A stretch of 64,000 nucleotides of DNA from NCBI GenBank assembly GCA_016192685.1, contig JACPTS010000001.1, positions 97,710 through 161,709 on the forward strand, read 5' to 3'. The translations under genes and the position numbers were made by a program. Origin of the DNA: Candidatus Harrisonbacteria bacterium. GTDB lineage: Bacteria > Patescibacteriota > Minisyncoccia > UBA6257 > 02-FULL-45-10c. The notes below the pieces were generated by a model. That model ran no database searches. It saw only the letters and a list, made by a program, of their open reading frames with translations, and had not been told where the DNA came from. Below, piece after piece: positions 9,747-19,000 of the stretch; the stretch's first letter is position 1, and the number at the start of each line of letters is the position of its first letter.

Positions 9747-10388
9747 TTAATTAGGTAATGTCGAAGAATCAATATCACATTTATCGTTTGTTGATTCACT
9801 ATAACTTCCAAGGTTTTTAAGAAAATCTTTTCGCGCTCTATTTCGGACATCGGTATTCAATTGTTTATTTTTAACAAAATTAACGTATACATCAATTTTT
9901 TCTATATCAGAATAATTCCTTGAAGATTCGGGGCTTTTTCTGGGCACAAGTATATCCGCAAGACAAGTATCTGCTCTACTCTGCTCTGTCACTACTTCGG
10001 TTACTGTCTCTTTATTCACAAACGACTGCACTACTTCCATCTGCAACGCTAACGCGTATTGCAAAAGCACCGCGCGGGTTTTGGCGGAATTCGGATATTC
10101 TTTAAAAATCGCGAGCTCCACGTCATCACGAATACCGTTTTGGTTGGCATCAACGCCTTCAATGGTTGCGTCAGCAAGCGCGCCCGGATCTGGCGGCAAA
10201 TTAACACCCATCACATCATCCAGCGCAAGCTTGGTCGCGTGAATCTTTGCCACCTGTTCCTCGGTTTTTCTTAAATTATAAAAATGCGGAATCCGAATCA
10301 GCACCACCGCGACATAAAAAACAGCGACAATCGCCGCTCCCCACTTCAATATTTTTTTAAAAATACTCAAAAAATTCCGCGAAAACAT
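9747..10388 (-). CDS. hypothetical membrane-anchored protein
   Basis: 213 aa with an N-terminal TM helix. It sits 6 bp upstream of, and is co-directional with, the 1352-aa gene. No recognisable motifs. Confidence 0.45.
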   Translation of the reverse strand: MFSRNFLSIFKKILKWGAAIVAVFYVAVVLIRIPHFYNLRKTEEQVAKIHATKLALDDVMGVNLPPDPGALADATIEGVDANQNGIRDDVELAIFKEYPNSAKTRAVLLQYALALQMEVVQSFVNKETVTEVVTEQSRADTCLADILVPRKSPESSRNYSDIEKIDVYVNFVKNKQLNTDVRNRARKDFLKNLGSYSESTNDKCDIDSSTLPN

Positions 10389-10440
10389 ATTGCTGACAAT
10401 TGTAATTCAACCTCAAAAATCCGTCAATAGCAATAGCAAA

Positions 10441-11391
10441 TTATTTATTTTTATTAAGGTGGTCGTAAATATTCAGCACGGCCTTAACGGCATCGCCGGC
10501 GGAAATGTTGTTTTGTTTATATAAAACATCGGACACGTCGCCGGCGGCCCAAATGCCGGAGAAAGAAGTCATTTGAGTTTTATGGTCAACAATAATCTGG
10601 CCGCGTTCATCAAGCTCCACTAAATCTTTCACTAAATCAGAGTTCGGGGCAGAACCGATTTCCACAAACACGCCATCTAATTTTAATTCTTCGGTTTGAT
10701 TTTTAGCTTTATCCAAATACCTTACGCCGGTGACCAGCTGCTCGCCTAAAATTTCCCGCACTTCTACTTGATATTTAATTTCTAATTTGGGATTAGCTTT
10801 TATTTCTTCCAAAGTAACCGGGTCGCCTTTCATGGCATCGCCGCGGACCAAGAGATAAATTTTATCGGCGTAAGCAAAAAGGTCGCGTACCGCCTCTAAA
10901 CCGGCATTTCCCGCCCCAACTACAGCAACAGTTTTGCCGCCGAAAAGCGGGGCGTCGCAGGTAGAACAATAAACCACACCCCTGCCGTTTAATTTGTCTT
11001 CTCCGGGAACACCGAGTTTTTTATGATGGCTGCCGGAGCAAACTAAAACCGTTTTGGCTTCAAAATTTTTTCCGCTTTCAGTAACTGCCTTAAAACTTTT
11101 GCCTTTTGACTTTTCCACTTTAGCAACAAAGTCGCCGTCTAAAATCTCAATCTCTTCCTGGGCGCGCAAATGCTCTTCCAGATTTTTTGCCAAATCAAAA
11201 CCGGAAATTGATTTGGCGCCAATCCAATTCTGAATATCGGCGGAAGCCAAAGACTGCCCGCCGAATTCTTTGGCTATCAAAAGAGTTTTAATTTTCTTGC
11301 GGGCGGCATAAACGCCGGCCGCCACGCCTGCCGGCCCGCCGCCTACTATAATAAGATCGTACATAAGTCTAATAGGACTTAATAAGTCCAA
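10441..11391 (-). CDS. trxB: thioredoxin-disulfide reductase
   Basis: 316 aa. FAD motif IIVGGGPAG, redox-active CSTCD (CxxC), and NAD(P) motif VAVVGAGNAG. Confidence 0.9.
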   Translation of the reverse strand: MDLLSPIRLMYDLIIVGGGPAGVAAGVYAARKKIKTLLIAKEFGGQSLASADIQNWIGAKSISGFDLAKNLEEHLRAQEEIEILDGDFVAKVEKSKGKSFKAVTESGKNFEAKTVLVCSGSHHKKLGVPGEDKLNGRGVVYCSTCDAPLFGGKTVAVVGAGNAGLEAVRDLFAYADKIYLLVRGDAMKGDPVTLEEIKANPKLEIKYQVEVREILGEQLVTGVRYLDKAKNQTEELKLDGVFVEIGSAPNSDLVKDLVELDERGQIIVDHKTQMTSFSGIWAAGDVSDVLYKQNNISAGDAVKAVLNIYDHLNKNK

Positions 11392-11406
11392 TAGGAAGAG
11401 AAAGTT

Positions 11407-11643
11407 TTATTTCAGGCCAAGCGCTCTTTCCAATTCTGACCGATTAAAACCAACGTGAATTTCGCCGTTAATATCAATTACCGGAACGCCAAGCTGATGG
11501 GATTTCTGAACCATCTCTTCGCGCGCCGCATCATCTTCCGCCACATTATGTTCGGTATATTGAATATTATTTTTATGAAAAAACTCCTTTGCCATCCGGC
11601 AATAAACGCAAGTGGGAGTGGAATAAATAGTTACTTTAGACAT
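11407..11643 (-). CDS. glutaredoxin-like protein (NrdH/Grx family)
   Basis: 78 aa with a thioredoxin fold. CVYC active site close to the N-terminus (TIYSTPTCVYC). Confidence 0.8.
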   Translation of the reverse strand: MSKVTIYSTPTCVYCRMAKEFFHKNNIQYTEHNVAEDDAAREEMVQKSHQLGVPVIDINGEIHVGFNRSELERALGLK

Positions 11644-11665
11644 AAACCTGCTTTACTAAATTATA

Positions 11666-12349
11666 TCACTTTGCCAATTCCTGCTCAATCGCGGCCTTAA
11701 ACTGATTATAAGGCAAAGCGCCTTCCAGTTTCCGGCCATTTACGAAAACCGTCGGGGTGGCTTGAACGCCGGCCTGTTGAGCGACATTATAATCATTTTC
11801 CACTTTTTTCGCGTATTTATTGCTATCCAAACAGGAAGCAAAGTCATTTTTATTCAAACCGATTTTATCAGCTAGCTTTAAGAAAGTTGTCCGGTTTAAA
11901 TTACCATTATATTCTTGGCCGTCCAAAATTTCTTCCTTAAAAATCTCATCATGATACAGCCAGAATTTTCCTTCATCTTTAGCGCACTCGGCGGCATTGG
12001 CGGCGGCCGCTGATTCCGGCCCAAGAAAAGCGAAGTGACGATAAACAAATTTAACCTTGCCGGCTTTCACGTAATCCTCCCGAATTTGCGGCTCGGATTG
12101 CGAGAAAAACCGGCCGCAAAAAGGGCATTGAAAATCGCTGTATTCAACTAATGTGACCGGAGCGGTTAATTCTCCTAAAACCACGTCATCCTTGGTCAAA
12201 TCCAATTCCTGGCCAGCCGCTTCTGAAATAGCCGCTAACTTATCATTCTGAACAGGTTGATTTTTAAGGCCGGTGCTATAAAGAACCGAACCGGCAATGA
12301 GAACGCCGGCAACTAATATGCTAACTGGCAAAAGATACTCCTGTTTCAT
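11666..12349 (-). CDS. DsbA-family thiol:disulfide oxidoreductase
   Basis: 227 aa with an N-terminal TM anchor. CPFC active site (FQCPFCGRF) and DsbA-like domain length. Confidence 0.8.
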   Translation of the reverse strand: MKQEYLLPVSILVAGVLIAGSVLYSTGLKNQPVQNDKLAAISEAAGQELDLTKDDVVLGELTAPVTLVEYSDFQCPFCGRFFSQSEPQIREDYVKAGKVKFVYRHFAFLGPESAAAANAAECAKDEGKFWLYHDEIFKEEILDGQEYNGNLNRTTFLKLADKIGLNKNDFASCLDSNKYAKKVENDYNVAQQAGVQATPTVFVNGRKLEGALPYNQFKAAIEQELAK

Positions 12350-12387
12350 AATTTAGGTTATATTATATATAACATTTTAACATATCT

Positions 12388-13731
12388 ATGGATAGCTTGT
12401 CCAAATTAAAACAGATTATTTTAGCCATTGGCGACGTAATTATTTTATACCTTGCCCTGACTTTGACGCTCTGGCTCCGCTACGGAAGCTTATTTTACGC
12501 AAAATTTTTTAACCAGCACATAGAACCATTCACGATAGTTTTTATAATTTGGATTGCTGTTTATTATATTGCCGGCCTTTATGACTTGCCGCTTCTTAAA
12601 AATAATCTGGAATTTAAGAAGAAATTTGGGGCAACCAATTTAATCAACACAGCCATTGCGGCGCTCTTTTTTTACGGCGTCCTTTCTTATTTTTCCATTT
12701 CCCCAAGAGCTAATCTCGCTATTTTTCTTTCAATCTTCGGTACGGCTGATTATCTCTGGCGCCATTTTTACAACTGGCTAATGGCTAAAACTGACCCGGA
12801 AAGCCGGCTGCTACTAGTCGGAGCAAATAAAACTGCCGAAGAAATTGCGGATTTTCTTGAAAAAAATCCCCAGCTTGGCTATCAGACAAATTATTGGATG
12901 AAAGAAGGTCTGGCGGATAAAGAATTCGCGCATCTGGCGCAAATTATCCTTGCCAATCGCATCAATATCATTGTTATTCCGGCTCACCTGAAAAAAGATT
13001 CCAAGGCCGCCAAAATAATTTATCAAACTCTCAGTCTGGGAGTGGAAGTAATTGATTTAGCCTCTCTTTACGAATCGCTCTTTCAAAAAGTGCCGCTGGC
13101 CGAGCTGGAAGAAGTCTGGTTTTTGGAAAATATCACGAAAAACCACAAAATTTATGAAATAATCAGCGGTCCGCTGGAATTTTTATTGGCGTTTTTCTTA
13201 ACCATATTGCTTTTGCCGCTGGCTATTTTAATCGCTATCTTAATCAAGATTACCTCCCCGGGATCAGCTTTCTTTACCCAGCGCCGGATCGGCAAAAATA
13301 ATAAGGAATTTACTATGTGGAAATTTAGGACTATGCGGGCGGATGCGGAAAAAGACGGGCCTAAATGGGCAAACTACCATAAGGATGACCGGGTGACAAA
13401 AATCGGAAAATTCCTGCGCTGGTCGCATTTGGATGAACTGCCGCAACTTTACAACATCCTTCGCGGCGAACTTTCTTTTGTCGGTCCCCGGCCGGAACAG
13501 CCGGAATTCGTAAAGAAACTCCGCCAAGAACTGCCTTACTACGACCTTCGGCATTTAACCAAGCCAGGCATCACCGGCTGGGCCCAAATCAATTACCGCT
13601 ACGCCGCCTCTACTGCCGACTCTTATCAAAAACTCCAATACGACATTTATTACATAAAAAATAACTCTCCGCTCATTGATTTTTTAATTATTTTAAAAAC
13701 CATTAAATTTTTGATTACTAATCACAGTTAA
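12388..13731 (+). CDS. polyprenyl-phosphate glycosyl-1-phosphate transferase (bacterial sugar transferase, WbaP-like)
   Basis: 447 aa. N-terminal TM helices and a C-terminal catalytic block FFTQRRIGKNNKEFTMWKFRTM...LDELPQLYNILRGELSFVGPRP diagnostic of the PF02397 sugar-transferase family. Confidence 0.9.
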   Translation: MDSLSKLKQIILAIGDVIILYLALTLTLWLRYGSLFYAKFFNQHIEPFTIVFIIWIAVYYIAGLYDLPLLKNNLEFKKKFGATNLINTAIAALFFYGVLSYFSISPRANLAIFLSIFGTADYLWRHFYNWLMAKTDPESRLLLVGANKTAEEIADFLEKNPQLGYQTNYWMKEGLADKEFAHLAQIILANRINIIVIPAHLKKDSKAAKIIYQTLSLGVEVIDLASLYESLFQKVPLAELEEVWFLENITKNHKIYEIISGPLEFLLAFFLTILLLPLAILIAILIKITSPGSAFFTQRRIGKNNKEFTMWKFRTMRADAEKDGPKWANYHKDDRVTKIGKFLRWSHLDELPQLYNILRGELSFVGPRPEQPEFVKKLRQELPYYDLRHLTKPGITGWAQINYRYAASTADSYQKLQYDIYYIKNNSPLIDFLIILKTIKFLITNHS

Positions 13732-13805
13732 ATAACACGAACGTCACGAACAAAATACTAACACCGCGAATAAATTAAGTTCGTGGTGTTCGCCTAAAAT
13801 TCGCA

Positions 13806-15095
13806 TTGTTCGTATTATGTACGCTAATGTTCCAAAAATTAAAATTTTTTCTTTTTGAAAATCAAGGCTTAAAGCAAAAAATCGCCAAGAATACTTTTTG
13901 GCTTTTTTTCGGCCAGATTTTCGGCCGATTAATCCGGGTGGCTATTGTTGTTTATGCCGCCAGAATCCTAGGGCCGGCCAGTTGGGGAGCTTTTTCTTAT
14001 GCCATGAGCTTTGCCGCTTTCATGTCCATTTTTTCCGATGTCGGCGTCAATGCTATTGTCACTAAAGAATCCAGCCGCAATCCAGAATTGGCTAATCATT
14101 ATTTTTCCACCGCGCTCGGCATAAAATTACTGCTATTAACAGCCGGAATGATCTTGGTGATTTTCGGGGCGCCGTTCATCACTAAAATTGAAGAAGCAAA
14201 AATCCTCCTGCCGATTATTGCTCTAGTGATTCTTTTTGACAGCCTGCGGAATTTCGGTTTTGCCATCAGCCGCGCTAAAGAAAAAATGGAGTTAGAGGGA
14301 TTGAATGAAATAATCACTAATTTTTTTATTTCTTCATTAGGATTTCTTGCGCTCCAAACCAGCAAATCCAGCTACGCCCTGACTATCGGCTATGCCATTG
14401 CCGTAGCCATCGGCTTTGGCTTGATTGCTTTTCAATTAAGACATTATTTCCGAAATTTTTTTAGCTATTTTGACTGGACGCTGATAAAACCAATACTCAA
14501 GACTGCCTGGCCATTTGCCCTTGCCAGCTCTTTGGGGGCAATCATGATCAATACAGACACCCTCATTCTCGGCTGGCTCAAAACTGCGGAGGCCGTCGGC
14601 TGGTATTCAGCGGCCCAACGGCCAGTCCAATTATTGTACGTGCTTCCAACTTTATTTGCCGTAAGCCTATTTCCAAACCTTAGCCGACTGGCTAAAAACG
14701 ATCCAAAACGCTTCAAGGCGGTGTTCCTCGGCTCTTTAAAAATTGCTCTTGCCGCTGCTTTACCGATTACTGTCGTTGGCATAATTTTTGGCCAAGAAAT
14801 CATCAATCTGCTTTTCGGATTAGAATACCAAAATGCTGTTCTGCCATTTCAAATCTTAATGGCGACAATTTTAATAATTTTTCCGTCGGCCATCGTTACT
14901 AACGCAAGCTTAGCTGCCGATCAGCAAAAAAATTTCATTATTTTCTCCCTGCTCGGCGCTTTCGGAAACGTCATTTTAGACATTATTTTAATCCCGAAAT
15001 ACGGCTTGGCTGGCTGTGCTGCCGCCACCGTCTTCACCCAAATCATCGCCAATTCTTTTATTTGGTATAAACTGAAACGGGAATTGAAACTTTAA
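13806..15095 (+). CDS. polysaccharide flippase (Wzx/MOP superfamily)
   Basis: 429 aa with about 12 TM helices and MOP-type topology. Lies next to the initiating sugar transferase. The true start may be an internal Met. Confidence 0.75.
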   Translation: MFVLCTLMFQKLKFFLFENQGLKQKIAKNTFWLFFGQIFGRLIRVAIVVYAARILGPASWGAFSYAMSFAAFMSIFSDVGVNAIVTKESSRNPELANHYFSTALGIKLLLLTAGMILVIFGAPFITKIEEAKILLPIIALVILFDSLRNFGFAISRAKEKMELEGLNEIITNFFISSLGFLALQTSKSSYALTIGYAIAVAIGFGLIAFQLRHYFRNFFSYFDWTLIKPILKTAWPFALASSLGAIMINTDTLILGWLKTAEAVGWYSAAQRPVQLLYVLPTLFAVSLFPNLSRLAKNDPKRFKAVFLGSLKIALAAALPITVVGIIFGQEIINLLFGLEYQNAVLPFQILMATILIIFPSAIVTNASLAADQQKNFIIFSLLGAFGNVILDIILIPKYGLAGCAAATVFTQIIANSFIWYKLKRELKL

Positions 15096-15120
15096 ACTGC
15101 TGCTAGAGATTACAAATAGT

Positions 15121-16020
15121 ATGAAATCACCGGCGATTGGCATTCTAGGAGTAGGCTGGGTCGGCCAACAGCTTAAAAAATATTTTGAGGAATTAAAAGG
15201 ATATCAGGCCGGAAATAATCTTCTACTATACGATATCAAACCGGAAAAATGCGCCGGGAATATTAATAACGCCGAGATAATTTTTGTCACTCTTCCTACG
15301 CCGCGAAATCCCAAAGACGGTTCTTGCGATCTATCTATTATTGAAGGGGCGATTGCTAAAATCAGCGAGGAAAAAATAATTGTCCTAAAATCTACCGTAC
15401 CGCCAGGCACTACTGAAGCTTTTCAAGAAAAATATCCCCAGCATAAATTCTTATTTAATCCGGAATTTCTAACTGAAAGCCGCGCCTGGGAAGACATGAT
15501 TAGGCCGGATCGCCAAATTGTCGGCTTTACAGAAAAAAGTTTAGAAGCGGCGTATCTGGTATTGAGTCTTTTGCCTAAAGCTCCTTTTATGTCCCCCTGG
15601 GGATTAAATACTTATAGCCGTGTTCGAATTAACGCTACCGAAGCAGAATTAATAAAATATGCCGGCAACATCCATTTTGTCCGAAAAGTAAATTGGGCGA
15701 ATGCCCTTTCTAAAATATCGGAAAAAATAGGCGCGGATTATGAAAATGTGAGGCAAGGAATGGCGGCGGACCACCGGATCGGAGATTCTCATTTAGACGT
15801 GAATCATGGCGGTTATCGCGGCTGGGGCGGCGCTTGTTTCCCAAAAGATTTGGACGCTTTTATCCAATTTACTAAAAATGCTGGGGTTAACGAAGTTACT
15901 AATCTACTCCAAGAAGATCATGATTTTAATGAAAATTTATTGAAAACCCAGGGCTTAACTCTAGAAGAAGTCAGCCAGCATATTGACACTTTGGAAAAAA
16001 AATTAAAAAAGAAAAAATAA
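15121..16020 (+). CDS. UDP-glucose/GDP-mannose dehydrogenase-family protein, short form
   Basis: 299 aa. N-terminal IGILGVGWVGQ NAD-binding motif and catalytic-Cys block GGACFPKD. It ends shortly afterwards, so a C-terminal UDP-binding domain is not evident. Confidence 0.7.
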   Translation: MKSPAIGILGVGWVGQQLKKYFEELKGYQAGNNLLLYDIKPEKCAGNINNAEIIFVTLPTPRNPKDGSCDLSIIEGAIAKISEEKIIVLKSTVPPGTTEAFQEKYPQHKFLFNPEFLTESRAWEDMIRPDRQIVGFTEKSLEAAYLVLSLLPKAPFMSPWGLNTYSRVRINATEAELIKYAGNIHFVRKVNWANALSKISEKIGADYENVRQGMAADHRIGDSHLDVNHGGYRGWGGACFPKDLDAFIQFTKNAGVNEVTNLLQEDHDFNENLLKTQGLTLEEVSQHIDTLEKKLKKKK

Positions 16021-16050
16021 TCCCTCGATACATCGGGGGATTATTTTTTT
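16021..16050 (+). terminator. Rho-independent terminator (hairpin plus T-run)
   Basis: The hairpin tccctcgat-ac-atcggggga (9-bp stem, one U-G pair) is followed by ttattttttt, directly after the 15121-16020 gene. Confidence 0.7.
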
Positions 16051-19000
16051 ACTGAGATTTAGTTCCGTAAACTTCTTCTAATTTAGCTCTAGTTTTAGGA
16101 CCTAAACGGCCGTTGCCCGGGTCATTGGCGTTTTGAATTACGCCATGTTTCAGCTGGAAGCGCCGGACTGCCCCTTCAGTTAATTTTCCATAAAAACCAG
16201 TAGCTAATCCTTCCGGATAAACTTCTTTATCAGAAGCCAGCAATTGCTGAACTCGCTTTACTTCATCATTGCGAGCGCCGCTTTGTAAATCTTGATTAAA
16301 GACCGGAGAAACTGCTTGGACGACCGGAGAAGGCTGGGCAACTGACGGTGCAGTTGGAACTGCTTTAGGCGCACCAAACACCTCCGCTAACTTCGCTCTA
16401 GTTTTTGGACCTAATCGGCCGGCACCCGGTTCATCTCCGCTTTTCACCACCCCATGCTTCAACTGGAATTTAAGCACAGCTTTTTGAGTAAGTGATCCGT
16501 AAAACCCGGTGGCTAATCCTTCCGGATAAACTTCTTTATCCGAAGCTAAGAGCTGCTGGACTCTTTTTACATCGTCATTGCGAGCGCCGCTTTGTAAATC
16601 TTGATTAAAGACCGGAGAAACTGCTTGGACGACCGGAGAAGGCTGGGCAACTGATGGAGCTTTCGGCACTGCTACTGGCGCTTGAGCAAGCGACGCAATT
16701 GGTGTTGGCGAAGTACCATAATTATAAGAAGCAAAACCTCCTCCGCCACCGCCTCCTCCGCCGCCAGCGCCGCCGCCGGAATCAGAAATTTGAACTTTTG
16801 CATTTACATCGCCGGAAGCAGTGGATTCAGATGTTCCGCTGGATTTATAAGCTGATACCTTATAAAAGAAAGTAGTTCCGTTAGTGGCGCTGGTGTCCGC
16901 GTAACTGGAAACATTACCAGCATCCGCCAAAAGCGCGAAACTGCCGCCAGAAGTAGTATCCCGATAAATATAGTAACCAGTGGCGCCGCTGACCGCTGTC
17001 CAGCTAACAGTGATAGTTTTGCTTCCGGCCGCGCCGGCGGCAGCCGCTACGCCAGAAGGAGTAGAAGGGGCATCACCATCTGTTGGACTGGAAAGAGCGT
17101 AATTAGAAAAGTGAGTGCCAAGGGCGGTAAAAGTTACCGTGGAAACATCAGAAAGATTTGAGGCAGGCGAAGCTACTACATTACTGGAAGAATCAAGATA
17201 AGTGGCAGTCGTGCTTAAAGATTCCCATTCTTTTTTATCTTCGCTATAAGATACCACTTTTAAATTAGCAACTTCGGTCGTAGTATCAATACCGCTGGAA
17301 GCTAATTCCGCTTTGGTATAAGTCAATTGAACAGTAGCGCTTTTGCCCGACTCTAAATTCTGTTTCTGCGAGCCGCCGGAAAACGCGTCAATATCTATGG
17401 CTTTGCTCGCAACAATATTAACGCTGACCGAATCCACATAATTACTGGTCTGTTTAGCAGTTAAATAAGAACTATTTCCGGAAGAACCAAGGGCATTGGT
17501 ATCCAAATCTACTTTTACATTTACCGTAGAATCGCTTAACGATCCGGCAGAACTATCCGTAAAAGTATTAGAAGTCGCAAGTTTAGATTGAAGCGAAGAA
17601 GTAGTAGTAAGAGCGATATTAATGCTGGATTGGGAAGCGCTGACAGTAAGCGGATTAGAGCTATAACCGGATTTAGAATAGCCGTCCGCTGCCGCAAATA
17701 CCCGCCAGGTGCCGCTAGTTACGTATAAAGTATAATTGCCGCTTGTATCCGTGGTAGTCACAGCTTGGCCGCCGCCAACTTTTTCCGCAAAGACAAAAGC
17801 GCCGCTGGCCGCTGATCCGCCGGTAGTCACTTGGCCGGCAATCGTAAGAGAAGCAGAAGTTAAAACAAAGTTCTGGGTGGTGGTGCCGGAAACCGTAACC
17901 GTGGTCGGCGAACCGATATAGCCAGGCTTGGAAACCAAAACTTTATAAGTGCCGTTAGCCGCTTTAATGCTGTAAGCGCCGGAGGTAGTAGCCGTAGTTC
18001 CAAAATGAACTCCATTGGATTCATCCACAAATTGGATCCAGGCATCGGTTAATTCATTGCCGGCAGTCGCGGCAGTGTGATAAACCGTTCCGGAAACCAA
18101 ACTAAGAGCCGCGGTATTGGTGTTAACGGTGATTTTCACGGTTTCAGTGCTGTTATCAATGGTTAAGGCGCCGGCCGAAGAAACAGAAGTGCCGGTGGAA
18201 TCAGAGCCAACGGAAACATTCGCCGGCGGCACTCCCTGAACAAAAGCGCGGATAATCGGCGTAGTGCCGGTAGCATACTGCAAAGAAGTAGTGGTGGCAT
18301 TACTAATTTCTATATAGGTGGATTGCTTGGTGGAGGTAGAAAATAATTCCACAAACGCTTTAGTAACCTGGAGGGCATTGCTGTTGGAATCTTTTACATT
18401 AATAACCACCGTATTTCTCTTGGGAATTTTTATGTAATTGTTGCTGGACGAAGCAGTGAGATTCAAAGTGCCAATGGCATTGCCGTTATTATTCAAAGCG
18501 GCAATTCGGCCATAACCGGGTTTAAAAATATCCGTAATAGTGTAGCCGCTTCCAGCCGGCACTCGGACGGAAAATTCTCCGTTAGAAGAAACTGCTTCAT
18601 TAACACCGCTCGCGCCGGACAAACGAATAATTGCTCCGCTAATGCCCTCGGTGCTGGTGGCAAAAGCGCTATTACTGTCCGCGTCTTCATAAATATAGCC
18701 GGAGTAAATACTGAAAGTCGCGGAAGAAGACGGCGCGAAATTAATATCCGATTGATTGGCTCCGCTAATTATGACAGTTTGCTCGCTCATTGGTCCGAAT
18801 CCCGGAATAAAAGCGCTGACTTTCCAAGTGCCATTATCAACATAAATCGTATAATTGCCGGTGGAAGAATCGGATAAAGCATCAACGTGTCCGGGAGCAT
18901 CAGTCCTGTAAGCAAACACTGAAGCGTTTCCAACCGCGTTAGTACCGTCCGTCACCTTGCCGGTAATCTTATAGCTTGGTTTAGCCATTTTCAAAGTAAA

